Virus record (IMG/VR): IMGVR_UViG_3300032050_000032
DNA length: 64,000 nt
DNA from: an uncultured virus (IMG/VR IMGVR_UViG_3300032050_000032)
Taxonomy: Duplodnaviria; Heunggongvirae; Uroviricota; Caudoviricetes
Reading direction: 5' to 3' (one strand)
Shown here one piece after another: positions 30,871 through 40,505 of the stretch (positions within the stretch are counted from its first letter, which is position 1; each line of letters opens with the position of its first letter). The position numbers and the translations under genes are program-made. Below the pieces are notes generated by a model. That model was not told the DNA's origin, ran no database searches, and saw only the letters and a list, made by a program, of their open reading frames with translations.

Positions 30871-31805
30871 TTAATCCACATAAAGAAATAAAAGATTATT
30901 TATTTAATTTTGGTTACGATAATTTAGAAAACAACTATGGTGACAAATATTATGATGATAAAATTTTTGAAGTTTTAAAAACTACTGAAACCAACGAAAA
31001 GGGGGGTTTGGGTAACCCTGACGATTTTGATGGTCGATTTATAGATATCATATCGGATCCAAATAACCTTTTTATAGAAAGACATAAAGATGCTGGTTTT
31101 ATTGATGGTGATTTGATAACTCTACATAATGGATTAAAAATACACTCAGAATACTACGGTAATTTCATTAATATTCTACGTTACAACTTAGGTGTTCATG
31201 AACCATCAGAAGAAAGGGCATTCAAAAAGGTTTTGAATGTATTAGGTGAAAACTCAATAATGGTGGAACTTGGCAGTTATTGGTCAATGTATTCAATATG
31301 GTTCATGAAAGAAATTAAAAATTCAAAATCATATTGTATTGAACCAATACAAAGTAACATTGATTTAGGAATAAAAAATTTTATTCTAAATAATTTAGAA
31401 TATGATATAACTAAAGGATTCATATCCAACGAAGGTATAAATTTATATGATTATTTGAAATCTAAAAACATTGAGGGAGTTGATTTATTACATTCTGACA
31501 TTCAGGGAGAAGAATACGTCATGTTACATCAAATAGAAGATTTACTTAAGAGTCAAAAAATAAAATACCTTTTTATTTCAACTCACAGTAATAAATTACA
31601 TTACGATTGTGTTGAATTTCTTGAAAAGAATAATTACAAAATACTTTGCTCATGTGACTTTGATAATGAAAGTTTTCAATTTGACGGGTTTATTTTATCT
31701 TGTCCAAAAAGTTTAAATGAGATTGAACCATTCAAGGTTGGTAATAGATCTAAAACAAAACTGATAAGTGAAAATTTTTATAAACAAATAAAAAATACTA
31801 TATAA
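30867..31805 (+). CDS. FkbM-like methyltransferase
   Basis: HEP.EE, MVELGS.W, CIEP, LHSDIQG.E, FISTHS. Confidence 0.75.
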   Translation: MINPHKEIKDYLFNFGYDNLENNYGDKYYDDKIFEVLKTTETNEKGGLGNPDDFDGRFIDIISDPNNLFIERHKDAGFIDGDLITLHNGLKIHSEYYGNFINILRYNLGVHEPSEERAFKKVLNVLGENSIMVELGSYWSMYSIWFMKEIKNSKSYCIEPIQSNIDLGIKNFILNNLEYDITKGFISNEGINLYDYLKSKNIEGVDLLHSDIQGEEYVMLHQIEDLLKSQKIKYLFISTHSNKLHYDCVEFLEKNNYKILCSCDFDNESFQFDGFILSCPKSLNEIEPFKVGNRSKTKLISENFYKQIKNTI

Positions 31806-31808
31806 ATA

Positions 31809-32783
31809 ATGAAATCATTAATAACAGGTATAAATGGTCAGGACGGATCTTATCTTGCAGAACTTTTAGTTAATAAAGGTTATGAAGTATGGGGTACAGT
31901 AAAAAGAAATTCAGTTTCTGAAACACAATCATCAAGAATAAATAATTTAAGAGATGAAAATAAAATAAATTTAGAATATGCTGATCTAACTGATATGGCA
32001 TCATTAGTTAGAGTTTTACAAAAAGTACAACCTGATGAGGTGTATAATTTAGCTGCACAATCTCACGTTAGAATTTCTTTTGATCAACCAATATATACCG
32101 CAAATGCAACAGGATTAGGTACATTAAATTTATTAGAAGCGGTGAGAATGGTATCCCCCCATTCAAAAATATATCAAGCATCTTCTTCTGAGATGTTTGG
32201 TAATAATATAGATGAGGATGGATATCAACGAGAAATAACCCCTATGAATCCAGTTTCACCATACGGTTGCGCAAAAGTATTCTCATACAATATTTGTAGA
32301 AATTACAGAAACTCTTATGGAATGAAAATATGGAACGGTATACTGTTCAACCACGAATCACCAAGAAGAGGAACAAATTTTGTAACTAACAAAGTCGTAA
32401 AGGCAGCAGTAAGAATTAAATTAGGTTTACAAGATAATTTACATTTAGGTAATCTTGATGCAACCAGAGATTGGGGACACGCCAAAGATTATGTTGAAGC
32501 AATGTGGTTGATGTTACAATCTGATAGTCCCGATGATTATGTGTGTTCAACAGGAATATCTCACTCAGTAAAGGATTTATGTGATTATACTTTTTCTAAA
32601 TTAAATTTAGATTTTAGAGATTATGTTGTTGTTGATGAAAAACATTTTAGACCTGAAGAATTACATGATTTAAAAGGAGATTCTTCTAAACTAAGAAATA
32701 AACTTGGGTGGAACCCTAAATACACTTTTGAGTCTATGTTAGATGAGATGGTTCAATATTGGTTAGATTATTATGGAAAATAA
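31809..32783 (+). CDS. gmd: GDP-mannose 4,6-dehydratase
   Basis: LITGINGQDGSYLAE, YNLAAQSHV, QASSSE, PVSPYG.AK, GILFNHESPRRG, RDWGHAKDYV. Confidence 0.97.
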   Translation: MKSLITGINGQDGSYLAELLVNKGYEVWGTVKRNSVSETQSSRINNLRDENKINLEYADLTDMASLVRVLQKVQPDEVYNLAAQSHVRISFDQPIYTANATGLGTLNLLEAVRMVSPHSKIYQASSSEMFGNNIDEDGYQREITPMNPVSPYGCAKVFSYNICRNYRNSYGMKIWNGILFNHESPRRGTNFVTNKVVKAAVRIKLGLQDNLHLGNLDATRDWGHAKDYVEAMWLMLQSDSPDDYVCSTGISHSVKDLCDYTFSKLNLDFRDYVVVDEKHFRPEELHDLKGDSSKLRNKLGWNPKYTFESMLDEMVQYWLDYYGK

Positions 32784-33684
32784 AATATTAGTTACAGGAG
32801 GAAATGGTTTAGTTGGTTCTGAATTTATTGGAGATAAGTATTATAATTTTTCTTCTAAAGATTACAATTTGGTTGATAAAAATCAAACTTATGCATTACT
32901 TTTAAAAGGATTTGATAGTGTTATACATTGTGCGGCAAAGGTTGGTGGGATTGGAGCCAATATGAGATATAAGGGAGAATTTTTTTATGATAATGTTATG
33001 ATGAATACAAACATTATTGAGGGAGCAAGATTATGTGGTGTAAAAAATTTAGTTTCTTTTTTATCTACTTGTATTTTTCCTGATAATGTTGAATACCCTC
33101 TTACTGAATCAAAGATACATATGGGTCCTCCCCATACATCAAATGATGCTTATGCATATGCAAAAAGAATGGTTGATATACAAATTAGATCATACAGAGA
33201 ACAATATGGGTTAAATTATAAATCAGTTATACCCTGTAATATTTATGGACCGAATGACAATTATAATATTGTGAATGGTCATGTTATTCCTTCATTAATA
33301 CATAAATGTTATTTAGCAAGAGAAAATAAAACACCATTTACTATTTGGGGTAGTGGTAATCCTTTAAGAGAATTTATTTTTAGTAAAGATGTTGCAAAAT
33401 TAACTGAATGGGTATTACAAGAATATGACGAAAGTGAACCAATAATATTATCAACATCAGAAGAAATATCAATTAAAGATGTTGTTGGTATGATAATAGA
33501 ACTTATGAATTTTAAAGGTGAGGTAGTATGGGACACCACAAAACCTGACGGACAATTTAGAAAACCAAGTGACAATAGTAAAATAAAAAAATATTTACCT
33601 GATTTTAAATTTACACCAATATATGAAGGGTTAAAAGAAACTATTGAATTCTTTGAAAATAATTTTAATATTATAAGAAAATAA
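32773..33684 (+). CDS. fcl: GDP-L-fucose synthase
   Basis: VTGGNGLVG, AAKVGGI.AN, STCIFP, YAYAKR, PCNIYGP.DN, HVIP, WGSG.PLREF, KPDG. Confidence 0.95.
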   Translation: MENKILVTGGNGLVGSEFIGDKYYNFSSKDYNLVDKNQTYALLLKGFDSVIHCAAKVGGIGANMRYKGEFFYDNVMMNTNIIEGARLCGVKNLVSFLSTCIFPDNVEYPLTESKIHMGPPHTSNDAYAYAKRMVDIQIRSYREQYGLNYKSVIPCNIYGPNDNYNIVNGHVIPSLIHKCYLARENKTPFTIWGSGNPLREFIFSKDVAKLTEWVLQEYDESEPIILSTSEEISIKDVVGMIIELMNFKGEVVWDTTKPDGQFRKPSDNSKIKKYLPDFKFTPIYEGLKETIEFFENNFNIIRK

Positions 33685-33689
33685 AGTAG

Positions 33690-34424
33690 ATGACTAGAAA
33701 AAAACCATTACAACAGAACGAGGAACAAGAATCTAAACCGTTCTCAAAAAAAGAATTTATTAATTCAGTAATCAAAAGAAAACAAAAGAATAAATTCTTA
33801 TCCCCAAATCAGGAAGAGTATTATAACCTCCTTAAAGAAAATGAAATTACAATTTGTTCAGGTCCAGCAGGGGTTGGTAAAAGTTACATCTCAATGAAAG
33901 CGGCGGTGGATTTATTAATGGATCCAAACAATGGTTATGAAAAATTAATTATTGTTAGACCCGCAGTTGAAGCGGAAGAAAAGTTAGGTTCTTTACCTGG
34001 AAATCTTGAGGAAAAATTGGATCCGTATATATTCCCTTCTTACTATCTTTTGAATAAAATCATCGGTAAAGAGGCAAGAGAAGAGTTAAAAAAGGCAGAC
34101 ATTATTGAGGTATTTGCCTTGGCTTATATGAGAGGTATGAATATTGACAATTCAATTTTGATATTTGAAGAATCACAAAACTCAACGCCAAATCAAATGA
34201 AACTATTACTTACAAGAATTGGTTTTAATAGTAAGTTTTTTATTTCAGGAGATTTAGAACAAACAGACAGATATAAAGATAAAACACAATCAGGACTATA
34301 CGACGCATTACAACGATTTAAAAATGTTAATAACATTGGTGTTTATGATTTTAGAAATGCTAAAAATGTTAGAAACCCATTAATTAGTAAAATTTTGGAT
34401 AAGTATGAAGAAAATAGGGATTGA
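33690..34424 (+). CDS. phoH: PhoH-family ATPase
   Basis: GPAGVGKS, RPAVEAEEKLG.LPG, LAYMRG, EESQN, LTRIG, GD..Q.D, VRNPL. Confidence 0.95.
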   Translation: MTRKKPLQQNEEQESKPFSKKEFINSVIKRKQKNKFLSPNQEEYYNLLKENEITICSGPAGVGKSYISMKAAVDLLMDPNNGYEKLIIVRPAVEAEEKLGSLPGNLEEKLDPYIFPSYYLLNKIIGKEAREELKKADIIEVFALAYMRGMNIDNSILIFEESQNSTPNQMKLLLTRIGFNSKFFISGDLEQTDRYKDKTQSGLYDALQRFKNVNNIGVYDFRNAKNVRNPLISKILDKYEENRD

Positions 34425-35076
34425 GATTAATGGTGTATTGAGGGATACTATTGGGAAGTTTAAACAACTGTATGAAAAACATTTAATTGAATCTAACGAT
34501 ATTCAAATGGAGTCCGTAGATAAGACTTATGAATTAACTTTTTCGGGAGATACTGATGAGTTGGTTGAAATGAATGAGAATACTGATGTTAATTATTTTA
34601 AATACGAAATTTTAGGTGATGTTGATTCATTAGAATTAGATAAACACTTTTCATTTAAATCTAAAGAAGAATTATATTCGTTTATGTATGAAGACTATAC
34701 TATGGAATTGTTTGGGCACGCTCCGTCAACGGAAACCATGTCATTCAACTACCTTAACGATTTATATTTGGATTTAAGAGAAGATAATGATATTATTATT
34801 TTTTCAGATGAAATAGGTAAATCAAAACCATCCTCATTGTTTTTCCTATCCAAATTTGGGTGTTTAATTGAGAAAGTATTTTTTTACAGTAATCAAACAA
34901 AAAATACTGTTTGGGATAGTATAGACATTTTACTTACATCTAATCCTGACTTATTATTAAACCATCCGTCAAATAAAATTGTTATTAAATTTGAAACTGA
35001 CTACAATAAACAAATTAATTCTAAATATACGATAAAATCATTATCCGAATTTACAGAATTATTTAAAACTTTATAA
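34405..35076 (+). CDS. HAD-like (5'(3')-deoxyribonucleotidase-like) protein with degenerate motif I
   Basis: KIGIEINGVLRD resembles IxxDxDGVLxD; C-terminal YN motif. Confidence 0.5.
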   Translation: MKKIGIEINGVLRDTIGKFKQLYEKHLIESNDIQMESVDKTYELTFSGDTDELVEMNENTDVNYFKYEILGDVDSLELDKHFSFKSKEELYSFMYEDYTMELFGHAPSTETMSFNYLNDLYLDLREDNDIIIFSDEIGKSKPSSLFFLSKFGCLIEKVFFYSNQTKNTVWDSIDILLTSNPDLLLNHPSNKIVIKFETDYNKQINSKYTIKSLSEFTELFKTL

Positions 35077-35079
35077 ATT

Positions 35080-35361
35080 ATGTTTAAGATTTTTGGAGAG
35101 CACTATTACATTGATTTAGATGCAATTGATGAATTCACTAGAATTGATGATGAAAAAAAATCAGATGAAACTGAAGATGTTGACAATCAAACAAAAGTAC
35201 ATATTGTTAAATATGAAATGATTAAATATATGTTGGAAATTTTAATGGATCCTCATGATGAAATTGATGAAAAAATGGCATTAAGTTCAAACGAAACATC
35301 AGTCCCTTTTAGATTCGCATTTAATACACTATTAACAAAAAAAATAATAAATAAATTTTAA
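35080..35361 (+). CDS. Hypothetical phage protein
   Basis: 93 aa, tightly packed. Confidence 0.7.
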   Translation: MFKIFGEHYYIDLDAIDEFTRIDDEKKSDETEDVDNQTKVHIVKYEMIKYMLEILMDPHDEIDEKMALSSNETSVPFRFAFNTLLTKKIINKF

Positions 35362-35365
35362 TATT

Positions 35366-36424
35366 ATGAACCAAGAACAAATATCAAAACTTGAAAAGTC
35401 AATCCAAAACATGAAGGACAAGTCGTCCCGAATTTATTTTTTGGTACAAGACACAAAAGGTAATGCTAGAGCGTCAGTTAGATACATTTATCAAATGGCG
35501 ATGGCTCTTAAAAACAATGGATTCAATTCTATAATCTTACATGAAAAACCTGAATATTTCGGAGTATCAAGTTGGTTAGGTGAGGAATATATGGAATTAC
35601 CTCATAACGCAATTGAGGGTACTAATTTGGCGGTATCTCCTGAAGATATTATTGTTGTACCTGAAATATATGGGTTTGTTATGGATCAAATTACAAATTT
35701 ACCTTGTGGTAAAGTGGTTATTTGTCAGGCATATGATCATGTTTTTGAAACTTTAAATCCAGGGGATACATGGACAAAATTAGGTTTTTATAAATGTATT
35801 ACAACTTCAGACAGACAAAAAGAAATGATTGAGTCAATGATGAGAGGTGTGTCAATTGATGTTGTTAATCCATTTATTACTGAATCATTTGAGAAACAAA
35901 AATTTCCACCAAAAACAATTATTTCAGTTCACTCAAGAGATCAAAGAGATACTGTAAATATGATTAAAGCATTCTACGCTAAATTTCCACAATACAGATG
36001 GATTACATTTAGAGATATGAGAGGATTGTCAGAAATTGAATTTGCAAATGCTATGAAAGAAAGTTTTTGTTCAGTATGGATTGACCCTACGAGTGGATTT
36101 GGAACTTTCCCTCTTGAATCATTTAAAATGGGAATCCCTGTAGTCGGATTAGTACCTAACCTTCAACCAGAATGGATGAATGAAAATAATGGAATTTGGA
36201 TTAACAATCAAAATATGTTTGTTGATGTTGTTGCCGACTTTATTCAAAATTGGTTAGAGGATAATATTAATCCAATTATTTTTGAAGAAATGGATAAAAC
36301 AATATCGGAATTTTCAGATAAAACAAAATTTGAATCTGATGTAAACAATCTATTTGAAAGTATGATAAACACAAGGTTGGAATCGTTTGAAGATCAACTA
36401 TCTAAATTTGAAACAATTGAATAA
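35366..36424 (+). CDS. GT-B-like glycosyltransferase
   Basis: IYQMA..L...GF, DIIVVPE, SGFGTFPLES..MGIPVVG (variant of EgFg.p..Ea). Confidence 0.6.
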   Translation: MNQEQISKLEKSIQNMKDKSSRIYFLVQDTKGNARASVRYIYQMAMALKNNGFNSIILHEKPEYFGVSSWLGEEYMELPHNAIEGTNLAVSPEDIIVVPEIYGFVMDQITNLPCGKVVICQAYDHVFETLNPGDTWTKLGFYKCITTSDRQKEMIESMMRGVSIDVVNPFITESFEKQKFPPKTIISVHSRDQRDTVNMIKAFYAKFPQYRWITFRDMRGLSEIEFANAMKESFCSVWIDPTSGFGTFPLESFKMGIPVVGLVPNLQPEWMNENNGIWINNQNMFVDVVADFIQNWLEDNINPIIFEEMDKTISEFSDKTKFESDVNNLFESMINTRLESFEDQLSKFETIE

Positions 36425-36425
36425 T

Positions 36426-37229
36426 ATGGAAAAGAATACAATTTCGGTTATATTACCGATTAGAACAGGTAAAACAGGATTTTTTGAGGAGTACCTTGAT
36501 AAGGCAATTACTTCATTAAAATTACAAAAAGAACAATTTGATGAGATTGTTATTGTACACACTAATGATACATTTTTAAGTGATCATTTGAAGTCATACG
36601 ATTTTGGGGATTTAAATGTTAAATTTGAGGAGTGGACTAAAGAACCTAATTTTTGTTCTCAGGTTAATCATGGGGTTAAGGTGGCAACATCTAAATGGGT
36701 AACAATATTTGAGTTTGATGATGAATTCTCAAATATATGGGTTAAAAACTTTAAAGAGTATGCAAACATTTATCCTAATGTTGACGCATTTTTACCTATC
36801 GTGGTTGATGTTGATGAAAAAGGAGTATTTGTTGGGTTTACTAATGAGGCAACATTTGCGGCAAACTTCTCAAGTGAGATGGGTATTTTAACTAACGAAA
36901 CATTGTTGTCATATCAAAACTTCCAATTATCAGGATTGGCTATTAAAAAAGAATCGTTTGTTGATTATGGAATGTTAAAAACAACATTTAAATTAACTTT
37001 TGGTTATGAGTTTCTTTTAAGAATGACACATAACTCAGTAAGATTTATGTCAATTCCAAGAATTGGTTATAAACATACAAACTTAAGAGAAGGATCTATT
37101 TTTTGGAATTATAAAAACGGTGATGATAGATTAACCGAAGATGAGGTTAGATTTTGGATTGACTCCGCGAAGAAAGAGTATATGTACATCAATCAGAGGG
37201 AAATAAAATACGAACCCCAAGAAGTTTAA
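36426..37229 (+). CDS. GT2-like glycosyltransferase
   Basis: Start at MEKNT (ATG 36426); ISVILPI, EIVIV, VNHG, W..IFEFDDE. Confidence 0.6.
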   Translation: MEKNTISVILPIRTGKTGFFEEYLDKAITSLKLQKEQFDEIVIVHTNDTFLSDHLKSYDFGDLNVKFEEWTKEPNFCSQVNHGVKVATSKWVTIFEFDDEFSNIWVKNFKEYANIYPNVDAFLPIVVDVDEKGVFVGFTNEATFAANFSSEMGILTNETLLSYQNFQLSGLAIKKESFVDYGMLKTTFKLTFGYEFLLRMTHNSVRFMSIPRIGYKHTNLREGSIFWNYKNGDDRLTEDEVRFWIDSAKKEYMYINQREIKYEPQEV

Positions 37230-37975
37230 TGAATGATAATGAAAAAAATTCAAACACATTAGATGAAGTAAAAAAGAAAGGTAGAAAACCAAAACTTAAT
37301 AATTATTTTGACGAAAGAGAGGAAAATGCGGTTAGAATGTATCTAACCGCAGACACTTTCGAAGAAAAAAATAAAATATATAATGAGTTTTTAAAACTTC
37401 CTTTAGACAAGATGATATCTTCAATCATTAGAAGATATAAATTGTACAGAAAAGATATGAACTTTGAGGAAGTCCATATAGATACTCATTCATTTTTGAT
37501 GACTAAAATTGATAAATTTAAACCATCAAAAGAAAAAAAGGCGTATTCATATTTTGGTACCATATGTAAAAATTACTTGATGGGACAAATCATGAAAGAC
37601 CAAAAAGAAATGAATAGAAAAATTTCTTACGAAGATATTTCATCTGATTTACAACATAGTCCAGATATGATATATCATATTGATGATTATAGTATAACCA
37701 CTGAAGATATTATTAAAAAATTTTTAGATAAATTATTAGATACTTTATCTGATAAACAAATGTCCGAACAAGAATTAAAATTAGGACAAGCGTTATACGA
37801 TATGTTTGAAAATTATAATGACATATTTCTTGATACATCAAACAATAAATTTAATAAAAATGTTATCTTATTTGAATTGAGGGAGATGACAAATTTGACA
37901 ACTAAAGAAATTAGATCATCAATTAAAAGATACCGCAAAATCTATTTTCAATTAATTCAAGAAATGTTAAAATAA
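37229..37975 (+). CDS. T4 gp55-like late-transcription sigma factor
   Basis: Region-2-like K..KF.P.K.KKAYSYFGTICKNYL; size and T4-like context. Confidence 0.6.
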   Translation: MNDNEKNSNTLDEVKKKGRKPKLNNYFDEREENAVRMYLTADTFEEKNKIYNEFLKLPLDKMISSIIRRYKLYRKDMNFEEVHIDTHSFLMTKIDKFKPSKEKKAYSYFGTICKNYLMGQIMKDQKEMNRKISYEDISSDLQHSPDMIYHIDDYSITTEDIIKKFLDKLLDTLSDKQMSEQELKLGQALYDMFENYNDIFLDTSNNKFNKNVILFELREMTNLTTKEIRSSIKRYRKIYFQLIQEMLK

Positions 37976-37995
37976 AAATTTAAGTATTTATTGTT

Positions 37996-38364
37996 ATGGC
38001 AAGACCTCAAAAAAAACAAATCAATTTAACAAAAGAATCAATGTTATCTCTAATGCAAGAGATATATAACGAACTTGTTGAGCAAAGGAATACCGCAATA
38101 AGAATTCAAAATAAGATGTTAACAATGATGAAGGAACCTGAAGATATGCAACTTATTGGTCCTGTCATTGAAAAACAACAAAAAATTATAAATGACTGTG
38201 TTGAGAAAAAGTTAACTCTTTCAAAACTACAGTCTCAAATGTGGCAAAAATCAACAGAAAAACAAGACGACTTTACTTTATCTGATATTGATTTAGATGA
38301 CGATATAATCAAAAATTTAATTGAGAAAGACATATCTGACGATAAAAATTATAAATTAAAATAA
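37996..38364 (+). CDS. Hypothetical helical protein
   Basis: 122 aa; TATTTAT 4 nt upstream. Confidence 0.7.
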   Translation: MARPQKKQINLTKESMLSLMQEIYNELVEQRNTAIRIQNKMLTMMKEPEDMQLIGPVIEKQQKIINDCVEKKLTLSKLQSQMWQKSTEKQDDFTLSDIDLDDDIIKNLIEKDISDDKNYKLK

Positions 38365-38365
38365 T

Positions 38366-40288
38366 ATGGCTTTAGATATTAGTGATGGTTATAAAACTGT
38401 ACAAAAAAAGATTTCCGCAACCCAAAAATATCAACAGGTAGATAAAGATATTCAAGACTTAAAAAAGAAAAAAGGAGAATCTTTAGAAATTTATAAAAAA
38501 GAAGTATCTGAACAATTATCAAGTGCGAAAAAGAAAGTTGATAAGTTTGAAAACACTATTAGAGACAAAAAAAATCAATTAGATCAATTATTAGATTTAA
38601 CAAAAATATTGTCAAATAGTGGTGAAAAAAGTGGTGACACTAAAACTGTTAAGTATTTAAAAAAAATATTTGTTACGGCAATAAAAGAAATACAACCTAA
38701 ATTAGAAGGTATCTTAAACGAATTATCCGTTAAGGCAATTGGGTGTTCAGAAGATCAGGAATATGCGCCAAACTCATCGGTTTATATTAAAGTTAAATCA
38801 ATAGATTTAATGGACACCTTAAAGGAAGATCCCACAAGCCCTGTCGGTAAAATTATATACGAAAGAACTAACCCAGTATATAATAGTTTCCCATTTTCAA
38901 TGAATAAGGAGTTATATAATAGAATACAAAATATTAACCAACCATATTCCGTACCTGCTGGTAATGACTACCTTGGTAAATCAACACAAAATTTATTTGA
39001 TATTACTTATGTTGAGTCATATGTTAATAACCAACAACAAACTGTTGTTGGTAATTTTTATAAAGTAGATTTAAAACCAAGACAAAGTAATAAAGTAACT
39101 GAGTTTATTGAAGACTACTATAAGACAGTTAATATTGTTGATTTTAAAAATATTTTTGCTCAATTAATGAATCAATTGGTTGGTGCATTATCAATTAAAA
39201 AAGGTGACGGAGATTTCCAATTAATAGACTTAAATAAAGTATTATTAATTCTTAAAAGAATATTAGGATTATGTTTTGATTCAAACAAGGAGATTGATGT
39301 CACGGGAGCATCAAAAGTTTCTCAATTTGATAACATTGATGATGGGTTTTTTGAATTTAGTGAAATAGATTTACGAATTATTGATCAAAAAGTTTCTGAT
39401 ATAAAAAATGGTGTTGTTGAGTTTGAGGAATGTGAAACAGTTAAATTACCTGTGGATCCAGAGTCAATTATAGACGCAATTGCCACATTAAATTATATTG
39501 AGGGTAGTAATAATAACAATCAAATAAATGCGGCAGCGGATTTAACAAATGTAGTTACTGATAAATTTTTTCCATTTAAAATTAACATTGATTTGAGTTT
39601 TTTAAAAGAATTCCCTAAAGCAATTGTTATGGCAATACTATCACCAAAGATTGTTTTACCAATAATGGTTATAGCGAAATCGTTAGGTAAAACATTTGTT
39701 GATGAAATTAATTCATATATGGATTTTGCAAAAAAATTAAGAACCTTTTTTGTTGAGTTTGTTTCTAGAGTCACAGTACTTTTTGTTAAAATAATTTTTG
39801 ATATAGTTAAAAAAGATATAAAGAATTTAATTAGAGGAATAATCCAAAACATTGCAAAAGAAAAAACAAAAAAATACACAGATATGATTTTGTCTTTAAC
39901 TGCAATATTAGTACAAATTGCAAACATAATTAAAGATTTAAGAGAATGTAAATCAATAATTAATCAATTATTGGGATTATTATCTAATATACAAACCCAA
40001 ACTAATTCATTACCGTTACCACTTTTATTGGCATCTAAAATGAGAAAAGGATTTTCAAAAACAAGCGCATTTTTAAGAGTGATAACTGAGTTTGAGGAAT
40101 TAGGATTACCAACAGGACCTATGCCAGATGGTAGTCCGAATCTAATGTTAGCGGCAGTTAAAGGAATAATAAATGGTATTGATGATGAGTTTAACGAAAA
40201 CGGTAGAGCAGATATTGGTATACCCGCACTAAGTGTGACACCGGCATTCCAAACAATACCTAACTCGGCGTATGGAGTAATAGTTTAA
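38366..40288 (+). CDS. Hypothetical helical protein, probably tail/baseplate-associated
   Basis: 640 aa, coiled N-terminus, GLPTGPMPDGSPN; upstream of the spike gene. Confidence 0.6.
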   Translation: MALDISDGYKTVQKKISATQKYQQVDKDIQDLKKKKGESLEIYKKEVSEQLSSAKKKVDKFENTIRDKKNQLDQLLDLTKILSNSGEKSGDTKTVKYLKKIFVTAIKEIQPKLEGILNELSVKAIGCSEDQEYAPNSSVYIKVKSIDLMDTLKEDPTSPVGKIIYERTNPVYNSFPFSMNKELYNRIQNINQPYSVPAGNDYLGKSTQNLFDITYVESYVNNQQQTVVGNFYKVDLKPRQSNKVTEFIEDYYKTVNIVDFKNIFAQLMNQLVGALSIKKGDGDFQLIDLNKVLLILKRILGLCFDSNKEIDVTGASKVSQFDNIDDGFFEFSEIDLRIIDQKVSDIKNGVVEFEECETVKLPVDPESIIDAIATLNYIEGSNNNNQINAAADLTNVVTDKFFPFKINIDLSFLKEFPKAIVMAILSPKIVLPIMVIAKSLGKTFVDEINSYMDFAKKLRTFFVEFVSRVTVLFVKIIFDIVKKDIKNLIRGIIQNIAKEKTKKYTDMILSLTAILVQIANIIKDLRECKSIINQLLGLLSNIQTQTNSLPLPLLLASKMRKGFSKTSAFLRVITEFEELGLPTGPMPDGSPNLMLAAVKGIINGIDDEFNENGRADIGIPALSVTPAFQTIPNSAYGVIV

Positions 40289-40292
40289 TATT

Positions 40293-40505
40293 ATGGAAAA
40301 TAAAATAGAATCAACTAAAATTGTTGAGATAATAAAAGAATACAAAAGTAGTACTAACCAAGATTTAAAATTGGCAATGGATTTTATTCAGAAAGATTTT
40401 GAGTTAACTAAAGATACTGTAATAAAGTTGACAAATCATTTAGATAAATTAGAATTAAGTTATAATACTTTATTAAAAGAATACCAATCAAGAAATGCTA
40501 AGTAA
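40293..40505 (+). CDS. Hypothetical coiled-coil protein
   Basis: 70 aa, overlaps next start. Confidence 0.65.
   Translation: MENKIESTKIVEIIKEYKSSTNQDLKLAMDFIQKDFELTKDTVIKLTNHLDKLELSYNTLLKEYQSRNAK

Noticed and set aside
20164..33684. Bacterial chromosomal LPS/capsule locus
   Set aside because: Embedded between T4-like phage genes and lacks wzx/wzy/ABC export genes
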